Shown piece after piece: positions 11,291 through 22,950 of a stretch of 64,000 nucleotides of DNA (the stretch's first letter is position 1; each line of letters opens with the position of its first letter). The stretch comes from Anthoceros angustus. Lineage: Eukaryota; Plantae; Anthocerotophyta. The notes under the pieces were generated by a model. It had not been told where the DNA came from. It saw only the letters and a list, made by a program, of their open reading frames with translations, and did not search any database. The position numbers and the translations under genes were made by a program. The DNA is taken from the NCBI GenBank assembly GCA_010909165.1, contig MU008150.1, positions 372,001-436,000 of the forward strand. The letters run 5' to 3'.

Positions 11291-14200
11291 GCCGCACTGG
11301 GCGTGAATACCGCTATAACGCCTAAGGTTACGGCCCGACCCGCCGCATGCCCGCCTCCACTGTGGTCGCCCACGTGGCGCCGCCAGTCCGCACGCCCACC
11401 CTAAGTTACCGCGATTTATCCCGCCTCGGTCTCGGAGTGGGTCCGGACTTATCCTGCTACTGTCGCCGCCATCGAGGCCTAGGTACGCTCCTCACCCGAG
11501 TCCGAGTATACTCCGAGTGCCGTCCGAGTGCTAACCGTGCTTATTTCCCCTTTTCGCCTCATTTTATCCTTTTCGCCTCATTTTATCCTTTACTCCTACA
11601 AAAACAAAACCCTACCTAATTTCTAACTCTGTAAGCAAGTCCAGAGTCCATGTGAGCCACCGCAATGGATGACATGCGTTTGCCTCAGACAAAAAGAATG
11701 CAATGTAGGGCAAATCGATTTGGTGGAAAGATGGCCCAGGAGGTTCCATGAGTTGGTGGATTTCGTGCGATATGCGGAGCTCAATTGGAATGAGAAGACC
11801 GCAGCGCTGTTCGATGAGATTAACTTGCAGACGAAAGCCCATGTGGTGGCATATTTGGCAGATGTGCGCGCTCGAGGCGAGGAGCACTCGGAGCCCAACG
11901 CTTGCAAGGCGCCCGTAATCATAGTCTTTGGGTGCAACCGCAGAGGCGGGCGTACCGCAGAGGAGCATTACCGCATTTAGCCAGAGCCGCACTTTACCAG
12001 GCCGCATGTAATGCGCATTCACGCTTCGCACCGAGTTGTGTTCGGTGCAAATTGTGTGTAGATGATAAGAACGCAAGCCGGGTGTTAGGGGTTAGGTGCG
12101 ACGCCACTTGGAAGGGAGCGCACGAGGGGCCGCGGTGAAGCGGCGGGTGTAAGCCGCATCCGCGACGACTACTGCTACACGGAATGTGCAAGGCCGCGAA
12201 AAGGATGGGAGGCAACGCTCGTGGGCGGCCGCAAGCACAAGTGGTCGGCACATGTGTGTGGTTGCAAAGCGCTGGTTGCGCATGAATTCTCAAACCTCCA
12301 TGTTGATTGCAGGTTGGATTGCACGCCGGCGGCGTTCTGGATCGGCAGCAGAAATGTTGGGCTACGGCTTTCCAAAGGATTGCTGTCGTCCATATCCACT
12401 GATTGCGAAACCTGCTTCTAATGTGATGCTCACAGGGGTGGCGTGTGGGCAGTGAGTATGATCCATGCGAGTACGCGGCGTTGACGCAAGGCAGCCAAGG
12501 TAGTGGCAGCTCGTAGTCGTGGCTGCTGAGGCCGCAACGCAGAAGGGACGACGGCAGGGAGTCTCGCAGCAGGGGGGCGACGTGTAGGAGGGTGCGCCCG
12601 GCCCACTTTGCGATGGAGGGGACGATGCGGAGCATGTGCCGCCATCGACGACCATCGTGCCTCTGGACACAATCGCTGCAGACCATCGCGGTGGGCGCAC
12701 TTCTGCAGGGGCCGCTATCAGGGAGCCACCGCCTCCAACAAGGAGCCTTGGAAACGACGGTGGATCACAGACATGGAGCGAGCGACGGTGTCGCCAGCAT
12801 GGACGTGGGAGAGCTCAACCCAAATCCATTCCGCTGACTCGGCATGTGCGAGGGTGTACTGGCCGCAGACAGCGACCGTGCGAAGTGCGTGGCCGGAGAG
12901 TGGTCCAGGAAATGGGTCCTCTTGGTTGTGGAGGGGGGAGCTAGGATGGCCACCTTGCACAAGGACTTCATTTTCGGGGCGGTGGAGAGGACAGATTGTG
13001 GCCTGCAGCCCATGAGGGAGGGGCTGATGGTGCAGCTCAAGCAACCTCGGTGGGCAGGATGTCATGGACGGTTGGGGCAGGGGATGCTGGAACGCACCAA
13101 AGAGCTGGCGGGGCATATTGCTGTTGTTGTGGATGCCATTCGGGAGGACACACGCCTGCGTGCTGCATGCCTAACAATTGAGATAGGGACGCCTGCAGCG
13201 ACAATGCTGTGCCAGAAGGAAATGGGTGCTTCTGTGTGGGATTTCTTAGTCACTGAGAAGGAAGCCCTTTACCCACCGCACCGTCTATCTCATGCAAACG
13301 AAAGCATGCTGGAGGGCACCCTGTGGGTTGCGATTGCGAAAGTGATGGAGCTCAAAGTCCTCCAGTCAGCGAAGTGGGCATGGAAGCTAGTCGAGAGGAC
13401 TGTGGGGCCGCAGTAGGATCGTCGTCACCTGTGCTTGTGGACTAAGCCTGAGAGGGCATTGCACCTGGCAATGGACATTGTGTGCCGGCCGGTGGGCACA
13501 TTATGCATCGTGCACAGGGATGTGGATCTGCACAACTTCTTTGTAGGCCGCCACACACTCCCATTTGTGTACAACAGGATGGAGCATTTCATCTGCTACA
13601 TGGACTTTTCGACCGACGAAGAGGTAGTGTTCCAAATATTGGAGGCATGTGACCTCATCATCAGGGCATGCCACATGATGGGGGGTCGCAAAGGGCACGC
13701 GTTGATTGCTGGAAGATCCCATGCTTTCATGTTTGCGCTGTGCAGCTTCTTGGACCCTCTGCGGGTTGAGGTAAGGCAGGCAGTTCTGTCGTTCGCAAGT
13801 TTTGCCAAGCGGAAGCAGCCGGAAGGGTATTGAGGGGGAAGGACCAAGGGCATCGCCATGCTTCCATGTGCTTTTGCCCATGAACAGGAATGAGCCCGCG
13901 TGGCCATGTTTGTGTTGTCATGCTCTCGGAGGCCCATAGTGGCCCGTATAGTAATATGCAGATGTGTGTTGTGTGCAAGTTGGTGTAGGAAGCTCGCAGC
14001 TTGTCTGCAGTGCAAGAGTGGTTGCACTGCACACAAGCTGCAAGCATGATGACCAAAGGAAACCTCACATGGCCACGGCGCTGCGCCACTTAATCCGCAA
14101 CACGCAGAAGCGCGCGGATGGTGGTGTGCGCCATACCCGCGATCGTGATAACCATCATCGCATGCGCCTTCCATCAAGGTCGCACCCATGGGCGGTGATG

Positions 14201-14859
14201 GGGAAAGGGAGCGTAGGCCCCTATCTTGCTCACACAGCATGTGAAGCCCCCTTTGCACACAATTGCAAGTCCGCCAAGTGCGGCGGATTTTGAATGTGGA
14301 GCTGGGAAGAGGTGCAACTGGCAATTGAACTCGGAGGTAGCCGCAGTGGCTGCAATTTCTTTCTCAACCCGGACGACGGCTGCCGCTAGGTGTGTGCGCG
14401 ATGTCCAACCACCGACGTGCACATCGTGCGGAAGGCGTGGTCGTCATGACTGGAATTACTCCGGGGCTCTCAATCGAAAGCCGAGGCTCGAAAGGTGCAG
14501 GCAACCACGCAAACGCCTTCCATGCTAGCGGTGTGCGAGGTGTGCAAGCCACCTTGCCCATCCACGCGAGCGCTGTGAAGGAGGCCGATGGCGCGCGGGT
14601 GGCTCACCCGAATGGCAGGTGGAAGACGGGTGGCTTGGGGCACGACGGCCGCACTGTGAGGACTGGACCAACGGGGATGAAGGGCCAGGGGATGAAGAAT
14701 GCCGGGGCAGGATGGATGCACTTAGCGAGATTTGGAGGAAGAGCTGCAAGTGGGAGATGAGCATGAGGAAGGGGAGGGCCGCGAGGTAGCGGAGGCTTCA
14801 ACACGCTCACGCTAAGCGGTGTGGTGGCGTGCGGCACTTGCAATCGTGGCCACTAAAAC

Positions 14860-15950
14860 AGCCGGCGAGCTCGCGTTTTGAGGACGGTGACGAGGCTCCT
14901 GCAACGGCACCTAGAATGGCGCGGCGTGTATGGGAGGCTATCCGTGGTGGAGGTCTGCACGCTCATTGCAACTCATACGCCCATCACACGGCACGGCATC
15001 AACGCAGGAATACGCTTCCTGCAGGCGGAGCTGCAAGTCGATGGAATCGACATCCCAAGGAGGTGTGTGACTGAGCTTGATGCTGAGGAGGCCGGCCGAC
15101 GGTCCGCATCCGCCGCGTGTAGTACACCAACACGACACCCATGTTCATGTGGCACATGGATTGTGAGTGGTTCCAGCAGTTTGTTACGGTGTGTGCTGTG
15201 CGCTAGATTGGAATGGGAGTGATTGCTGCAGTTGTCACCTAAATGGATGTGGTTGGATTGTGTGCAGCCCATGACAAGCTGCACCAATTCTACTTCAGAG
15301 TCCATGGTGCAATAGATGGGGCCACCCACTATGTCCCATGGTTGGTGCTGGAAGATAACAAGCGGGGGACAACCATTTTCAACGCCTATGTGGATGCAGT
15401 GCGGAGGTTTGGCCATCCCAAGAGGATTCGGTCGGACTATGCAGCAAAGCACAACCTGATAGAGGCGGACATGAACCGTGCGAGGCCAAGGGCACACGGC
15501 AGCAACTTCATCCGCGGCCCCTTCGTGCACAACCAGGTCAGACTGTGGATGCTTGCGATGCCTTTGTCAGCGAGGAGGTATAGTGCAGGGTAGTAACTGC
15601 GGCCTTTCTGCAGAGGATTGAGCATTTTTGGCGGTCATTGGGAGAGAAGTGGGCGTTCCTGTACAAGGGGTACATGATGGATTTGGTGAGGAGTAGCGAA
15701 TTGGACATCACCAACCCCAGCACATCCATTCCCCGATGTCACCTTCATGCCCACCATGAGGGCGGAGCTGGAACGTTAGAGGCAAGTGTGGAACAGGCAC
15801 AGGGTGCGCAGGATAAGGGCCGCACGGTGGACATCCCGGCCATGTGCCTGCAATGCGTTCCGTGAAGAGGCTCGGCTCAAGGCGGAAAATGCACCCGCAT
15901 ATGGGACTGCGGAGGACGATGGCGAGGGGTTCGATGTCTGTGGTCCTCAA
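14860..15950 (+). mobile_element. Degenerate IS3EU-like (IS3/integrase-core DDE) transposase gene with two GT-AG introns
   Basis: Removing introns 15163-15267 and 15537-15613 gives in-frame WHMDSHDKLHQFYFRVHGAIDGATHY...FGHPKRIRSDY...FIRGPFVHNQRIEHFWR. This matches the WHxDxHxKL / HGxIDG / RxRSD / GxSVHNQRIERxWR pattern of IS3EU-type transposases. Upstream is RTVTRLL...GIRFLQAEL...GIDIPR...IRRV and downstream FMPTMRAELER*RQVWNRHRVR. Stops and frameshifts are present. Confidence 0.8.
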
Positions 15951-17189
15951 TATGCACAGAACGTGGCCCCCGAGATGCCACCGCTAAGCGTGATTGAGCT
16001 GTTGTCCGGGCTGAGTCTTCGGCTGCAGCACACTTGTCTTTGTGTGTGTAGGTTGCAGCTGTTTTCCGTCATGTAAGGTTCCATCCCTTGAGCATTGCAG
16101 CTACTCGATACTCAAACGTGTGTGCCACTGCTATGTGCCGTGCAGGAACTGCATGTCGCGAGGGACAATGCCTATGCGAAGGGCTTGGAGGGCATGGACT
16201 TCCTCCCCAATATGTACCCCGCACTGCATCGACATTGTGGAGTGCAAGAGCGGGGAGGCACGCCGAGTACCTCCAGGGGATTTGGGCCGGGTTACGCCGT
16301 GGCGTGGACAGGATCACCGCGTTATATAGTCCAGTAGGCCCTTTGAAGTGTACGCCAGCCCCGCAGCTTTTTCGTGCAAGAATTGTATGTGTGCGACTGT
16401 TTTCATGGAAGCCCTTCTTTGTTGGTCCTTCTGGTACAAGCTTGTTTCGGGAAGTTGGTGCAGTTACCACCGTAGGCGCAGCGCAGGAAAGCGTTGTAGC
16501 CCATGCAACTGGTGCACAAACACCTGCAGATTATGGTAAGAGCAACGACTACCGCCACCGCAAACCGAGACGATGATTGCGTAAAACGCAATCATGCCGC
16601 GCCAGGCTAACGCAACCGCACGTACAACCTAACAAATTGTGGATGCCGCGGTCGTAGACATGGCATATTGCATGCCGCAATGGCGCGGCAACGCAAATGA
16701 CCTCAACGCAACCCTAACCCCAAAAGAAGAAAAGTTTCTGTGTGTTGTGGAATCATTTTGTGTATCATGTGGTAGGTTGACCACATCGGGACACCGGGGG
16801 GCTGCAGGCCCAATCGATGTGGTCATGCATGACATGCCAAAATAGTTCCGCCGTATGCGGCGGGACTATTTCTTTCTGTTCACAACCCTAAAAAAATGTG
16901 GATGCCGCGTGACCAGATCGGTATTCCATAGATTGGGCCTGACTCTAACTCTAATTGCAGAATCCCGACAAGTACGGGCATATGTGTTGATGATGTGCAA
17001 TTAGGCGAATATTAAACGCGAAATTGAAGGTTTATTTCCCAGCAGGCCGTTTCGGCTGAATCCGCCCCGTTGGGCGCAGACCCTGTTCGTATCGTAAAGT
17101 TGCATTCAGTTTCTTTTATGTCTTCCCACCTAACAGCAAGGGACCCTCCCCAAGTCGCCACAAGGATCTGCTTCTGGGTGACCGTGCGT

Positions 17190-17950
17190 AGGCTCGTGCA
17201 AGGGGTGTCGCACTGCAAACTTGAAACTACGGAGCAGGTGCAAGCTGGTGTGTTGGCTGGTAGGGTTGGGCCTCATTTATTTGTTTTAAATTGCTTGGTG
17301 GACATGCTGGCAAAGCTTGGCTGCTTGGATGGCGCTCCAAAAGTGTTCGACGGGCTTCCACAAAAAGATGTGTTGACCATAAATGCTATTTGTAGCAGGA
17401 TATTTCCAGTAGGGCGTATCTGAGGAAGGCCGTGATCTTTACAGTTGTACGCAACGAAAAGCCATGGCTGAACATAGAACCTGTTGCTGTGATAATGACT
17501 GCCTTCTTCAGACATGTGGATGTGTGTCTATCCCGACTTTGGTGAGGGAAGCAGCTTCATGGGCAGATTCTAACTCGAGTGCTTCAGGCTAATGTGGTTA
17601 TAGCCAACAGTCGGGTAGACATGCTTGCAAAGTGTGGGTGCCTAGAGGATGCTCAGGTCGTATTTGCTGGACCTGGTGAAAAGAATGTGGTGACTTGGAC
17701 TGCTCTTACAGCAGCATAACGTTACAGACGCCGATGTTGTTGCAGCTCACTCACAGTGTCATTTGTGTGCCTTCTGCAGGCACTTGCCGTTATGGGCAGC
17801 TCATAGTGGAACAGGGGAAGCAGCTCATGCACAAGTCGGACAACTGCGTCTTCAAGCTGACGTGTTCGTTCGAACAATTTGGTTAAAATGTTTGCAAAGC
17901 ACAGAAGCTTGGACGATGCTCAAAGAGTGTTTAAAAGGCTTCCTCATATG
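17190..17950 (+). pseudogene. PLS-class pentatricopeptide repeat (PPR) gene remnant
   Basis: Translated fragments NCLVDMLAKLGCLDGAPKVFDGLPQKDV (about 17290-17375) and VIANSRVDMLAKCGCLEDAQVVFAGPGEKNVVTWTAL (about 17595-17710) are interrupted by stops and frameshifts. Confidence 0.75.
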
Positions 17951-18149
17951 AACAGTCCTGTCCAAGGCTTTTTTCTTGGCGTTCAAAAGAAGCTAGACTT
18001 TGTTACACGCTTCCTCATATGAACAGTGCTGTGCAAGGTCTTTTCCTTAGCGTTCAAAAGAAGCCAGATCTTGTTACAGGCTTCCTCATATGAACAGTGC
18101 TGTGCAAGGTTTTTTTCTTGGCGTTCAAAAGAAGCCAGACTTTGTTACG
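17937..18149 (+). repeat. 71-bp tandem repeat, 3 copies
   Basis: CTTCCTCATATGAACAG occurs at 17939, 18010 and 18081. Confidence 0.95.
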
Positions 18150-18175
18150 AGTCAGACAGGTAAGCTAGCGGGGCG

Positions 18176-18246
18176 TGCACTGGTCGGGATCCGAACCCTT
18201 ATCACAGTGTGGATAAGGTACTATCCTACCACTAGACCATCAGTGC
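18176..18246 (-). pseudogene. tRNA-Gly-derived pseudogene
   Basis: Minus strand reads GCACTGATGGTCTAGTGGTAGGATAGTACCTTATCCACACTGTGATAAGGGTTCGGATCCCGACCAGTGCA. The acceptor stem (GCACTG/CAGTGC), A-box/D-arm and B-box resemble plant tRNA-Gly(GCC), but the anticodon stem does not pair. Confidence 0.75.
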
Positions 18247-18958
18247 AGAAATAGAAAAACAAACGGGTGCAAGCTCAACGCACCACTGCCCCTACTTTGT
18301 GACATTTGTGTGCTTCCTGCAGACATTTGCAGCGGAGCTTTCCATCTGGGGAGGCCCCTTTCTTCTCTGCGGACAATCTGGCGAGGCCTCTTCAGTTCGA
18401 GACTGAAGCTCAATGGCGTCGGCACCGATGTGTTTGTGGCCATCACTTGATAAGCATGCACCCAAAGCTCGGGAACATAGTGGAGGCTCAGAAAAGTTCC
18501 ATCCTTCTGGAGGAGACGTTTTCCTGTATTGCACTAATGAAATTACTCGCCATTTTTCGACCGATTAGGTGTCTTAAACTGATCTCTTTTGGTGTAGGTA
18601 GGTATACGAATTTCTCGAAAACAGGTCTTTTCTCGGTGCTTACGGTACATGCGGTCAAATTGAAGCTTCTAGACTGGACCGAGAGCTTCAAGGAACCTGC
18701 CTATGGCCGTTCTCGCCTAAAAAAAAACTTGCCTATGGCTTCGGTTGCTGCTCGCGCAGCTGCATATATGTGGGGGGCATTCATGGACATAAAAGGTATC
18801 GCTGGGATCTGTTGTGGTCAGCTGGGGTTTGCCTGGAACACCGTCTCGCCGCTGTGCGTCTCGTCACGTCCTGGACACGAGAGAGTGGCACTGGTCCTGA
18901 GAGTCTGGTAAGGTTGGTACCAGATTGCTTAAGAGGAGTACTCGACTGAGAGGACGCC

Positions 18959-19957
18959 ATGGGAACGCCGGCGTTTCCTAATCTCGGACAGCATTGCGAC
19001 TTCTCCGAGTGCAACCTCATCGATTTCCTTCCCTTCAGCTGTGACCGCTGCGAAAAGGCATGAATCTTTCGACCCTCTTCGTGCAGGAGCTGCTGTCCTG
19101 GGCCAGGGGATGTTAGGGATTTCCTGTCGGTTGTGTGCGAATGCGGATTGTGAGTTGGTCTGTGGATGTGAAACCCTAAATTTCCCATTATGCTCACGGG
19201 ACTACAGGGAGAGTTTGCCAGTGTGGATTGACTTGGATTGGCCTGCTTTGTCGGTATCAGACGGTGGTCTAACAACTGGAGGTGTGCGCAGGTTTTCTGC
19301 CTGGATCACCGAAGCTACGTCTCCCATGAGTGCCCTAAGGGAAACGTTCAAGATGTCACGGTTTTATTGTGCCCGATGTGCGCAAAGTCAGTGAGACTGG
19401 TTCATGGTGAGGATCCGAATGTCACTTGGCACCAGCATGTCAACACTAGCTGTGATCCGAGCAATTATGCAAAGGTGATCAAGAAGCCAAGGTGCCCCGT
19501 TCCCAAGTGCAAGGAAGTGCTCACTTTCTCCAACAAGTTTCAGTGCAAAAGCTGTAGTCGGGAAGTGTGTCTGATGCATAGGTTTGGGCCGGACCACGAC
19601 TGTGCAAGCTTGATAAAAGCTGATAGGGCCAAGAGCTGGTTCAATATGTCTTCGAGATCAAGCCAGGGAGCTCGCAGTTCGCAGCCTGTGACATCCAGTT
19701 GGTCCAGTACGTTCTCATCTATCAAATCGTCTGCAGAAGCTGGGCTTTCGAAGCTGAGTTTATCGGCCGATGAGTTTGTCAAGTCAGTGAAGGGCAGTGC
19801 TAGCAAAGTGCAGAACCAATATTTATCGTCTGGTGGACGGAATGTGTCGTCTGCTGCAGAGATTTGTCCTCAATGCAGGGCACAATTTCGGACAGTGGGA
19901 GAGTTGATTGAGCATGTGGAGACTTCTCATTCGCGCAGAGCTGTCCAACCATGTTAG
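18959..19957 (+). CDS. AN1 and C2H2 zinc-finger stress-associated protein (SAP11/12/13-like), 254 aa; exons 18959-19057 and 19292-19957
   Basis: [33 protein letters not shown] joins [17 protein letters not shown]... It has a second AN1 finger ([37 protein letters not shown]) and a C-terminal C2H2 finger ([22 protein letters not shown]). Confidence 0.93.
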
Positions 19958-21849
19958 TCTCTTCCTCTGTAGAGTCTTTGCAAGCCATTCTTTCACCTGG
20001 ATTCTTGTGCTGTAGATTTTGCACGTAGATTAGATGTACATACTGTCTGCCGACCCTGTGTACGACGTTGTTACAAAATGAGCCCAAAGAAAAGAAACAT
20101 CAGGTAGGATGATGGCAGACAATGTAATTGTTTATTATTTATATATGGTAGTTTATGGGACAATGAACCCAGAGTTGCATCCACCTTGTACACCTACCCA
20201 AGTAGACTGCGAGGAAGTTATTTGAGATTGTTGTGACCATGTGATTGTCTTACTCACTGCGCTTCCCAAGGGCCGCAAAAATGTCGCATGATTCAAATGG
20301 TGGCTTCCCACTGAGCCCAAAGAAGGTTTACAATGCTTTGACCGCACTTTGTTTTGCAAGCGTTGCCTCTTAGAGAGCCACCGGACGGCATCTGATGAGA
20401 AACGGAACTACGAAGCAGAGTGTCTGCTTTCCTTTCATTGTTTCATTCAATACCGTGCTGCATTCCTTCGTTCACAAGTAGTGAACAGGACACATCTTGC
20501 TGCAGTACTACATTCACAAGCTGTGGATGGTACGGCACATACAAGCAACAAAGGGAAACTATATACGGGAGAGACGCTAAACCGCAACGAGTTATTGCGA
20601 GGTGGCCTCTTCTTCTTCTCCTAGGGGGGAGACTTTCAAGCCCTTTTGATCACTGACGAATGTCCTCCTATTTACATAGATACACACCTGTAGCGCGGGT
20701 AACTAACTCTCGTCCCGCCCTTCACACAGCAAGTCTCCCCCCTGGAGCAGCTGACATTTCACCTCAGATGTGTCCAAGGAATGAAGCCAGGAACCCGTGG
20801 TGTTAAGAAGCAACGTCCTGCTCGCCTCCCGTTGCTGCATGCTGCTCTGTCTGTAAAAAGTGAGGAGTGTTCGTGACAGGTGCAAAACGCTCACCCGTGA
20901 CACCATTTCACGAAATGAAATACATCCACACAGGCTCACCTTTGCTGAAGCACCGAGGGGTGGAAATGCGGGCCTTCATCATAGCCTTCACACATAATCT
21001 CGCCGCTCCCTGTCCGGTAGCATACTATCCCGTGGCTGCTGTCCTCAAACACCTGCACAATCACCACCCGCGGCAGCATATGCGCAAAGTCAGCAACGCG
21101 AAATCACGGGCGCATGCATTTCAGAAAAGTTTGCCAACCCCATTGCGCTCTTGCCTTCTTGTTGCAGGGTGTGCTTTGTCTGTGGCTTGCAGCTGCATTG
21201 CTGTTGAGGGAAGCGTTGGTCCTGACGGTTGGTGGCAGGAATTTCACAATTCGGGCAACCGGCATCCGATTCCCAGGCCCAGGCCCAGCCGCACAGGCGG
21301 GCGCTGTGCAGCGAAGAGCAGCGGGTGTGGCTGTCGTCGCCATGTGCCTGGCTGTCTCTCGGAAGTTGTTGGCCTGGGCCGACGGAGGAGGAGAATGTCG
21401 CCAATTCCTCTGCTGGGCGGCGGAGTGCAAATGTGGTAAGGCGGCTGCAGGCACAGGTGGCGTGTGGCCTTCCTTCCCTCCAAGGCCTTGTTATAAGCCA
21501 TCCCACCGACTCCGTAATTATCGACAGGCGGGAAGGCAGACTGGACGGGATGTGTAGATTTTCTTCCGGGCTTTTTAAATTCAAGGCAAAGTGGCACTGG
21601 TGGCGTGACAGCAGGGCCTGCTGACGTTAAAGTGTCCTGGGCGCTTGAGATACGGGATATGCCCTCCCACCAGGGTTCGGGCCCGGCCTATAATGTCCCG
21701 GGTCCCGGGAGAATCCACAGCCTCTTCCTTGGTGCTTTAGTTCGCTTGTTCTGGTGTCTTAGCGCATAGGATATTCGCCACTTGCACAGTGGACGGACGA
21801 TGAGAATTTGCTCTCAAAGCGTAACATGAATTAAAAAACCATCAACTTG

Positions 21850-22850
21850 TCTGCCTTGGATAGCACCTGGCGTGCAACAAGCGGGTAGCCACTAGAAAGG
21901 AAGAATCCACTTGAAACTCACGACAGTTGGTGCAGAAAGCATTTCCCGTCTAGATCATCCTCAGCTGGAGAGAAACGTCTCACCTTCCTGGAACATCACG
22001 CCTGCGGCATGCCGACAGTGCAAGCTGGTGAGAGGTCTGTCACAAGTGACATCAGCTCAAGTGGCAGGTACTGAATCTCAAGCATAAGTGACCATCAACT
22101 GCAGTGAATGGCAAAGCCATGTTATCCCACCATTGCTTATTGGGGCTAAGCACTTAGATCTTAGCAATAGGCTTGGCCTCATTATCACCGGATTACTGCA
22201 TCCAGTGTGACCAGAATGGCTACCGGCAAGTAATTCCAGCAGATTGCACGCTGCGGGAGAGCACTGTGCCGTACATCTTCCTAAGGAATAAATAGGAAGG
22301 TAATTGAGACATGGGCTGCCACCAGTAACTCATGTAGGCCAAAAGATGTCCCTCTGTGTCCCTTCACCACCGTCTGCAAGAATCCGGGTCCGGAGAGAGC
22401 CTTAAACCGCTCCATTCCTGACCTTGCTCACAGAATGAGCCCAACAGACTGCTGCAGTTGACAATTGAGCCAGCCTGGCATTGTTGCATGTCCTGGCACC
22501 ATGTCCTGACAGTGCCAGGACATGGAACATGACAACTTTTCCAGGGGCAGAGCACAAGCAGCAGCAATCCCAATTTTTCAGGCTCAGCGGCGGCATCCTG
22601 ACCATCGCCCGCACCTTCTCAGCAAGTGTGAAGGGCAGTACCATGCCACACCACCTGGCTGAATCCAATGGCAATGGCCCAGCCCATTATCCTGTGCATG
22701 TGGGCAGCTGTGACAAGCGAGCCCAGGGGGGAGCCTCAAAATCAGAATCGGTGCAACGGGCTGCTGCAACATGTACAAACACAGCCATGCCGGAGTATCC
22801 CATGATCCAGTTTGCAGCTAACGCCTAGGGCTTCCAAAGGGATAAGGAAC
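21850..22850 (-). pseudogene. Possible highly decayed PPR remnant
   Basis: Only short PPR-like words on the minus strand (REMLSAPTVVSF, LALSAC) amid many stops. Confidence 0.3.
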
Positions 22851-22950
22851 TGCTGAGTCAGCAAGGGAAACCATCCACTGCATAGATCACGCACAGGTTA
22901 AAGCACAATGCCCGTGTTGTACACTGGTACAGTGTACATGGTGAGGCCGG

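Noticed and set aside
4573-11627. GTTAG...CTAAC as terminal inverted repeats delimiting one element
   Set aside because: Only 5-8 bp match, with no target-site duplication and no LTR pair.
18208-18216. Perfect DnaA box (TGTGGATAA)
   Set aside because: A single 9-mer inside a tRNA pseudogene in plant nuclear DNA is expected by chance.
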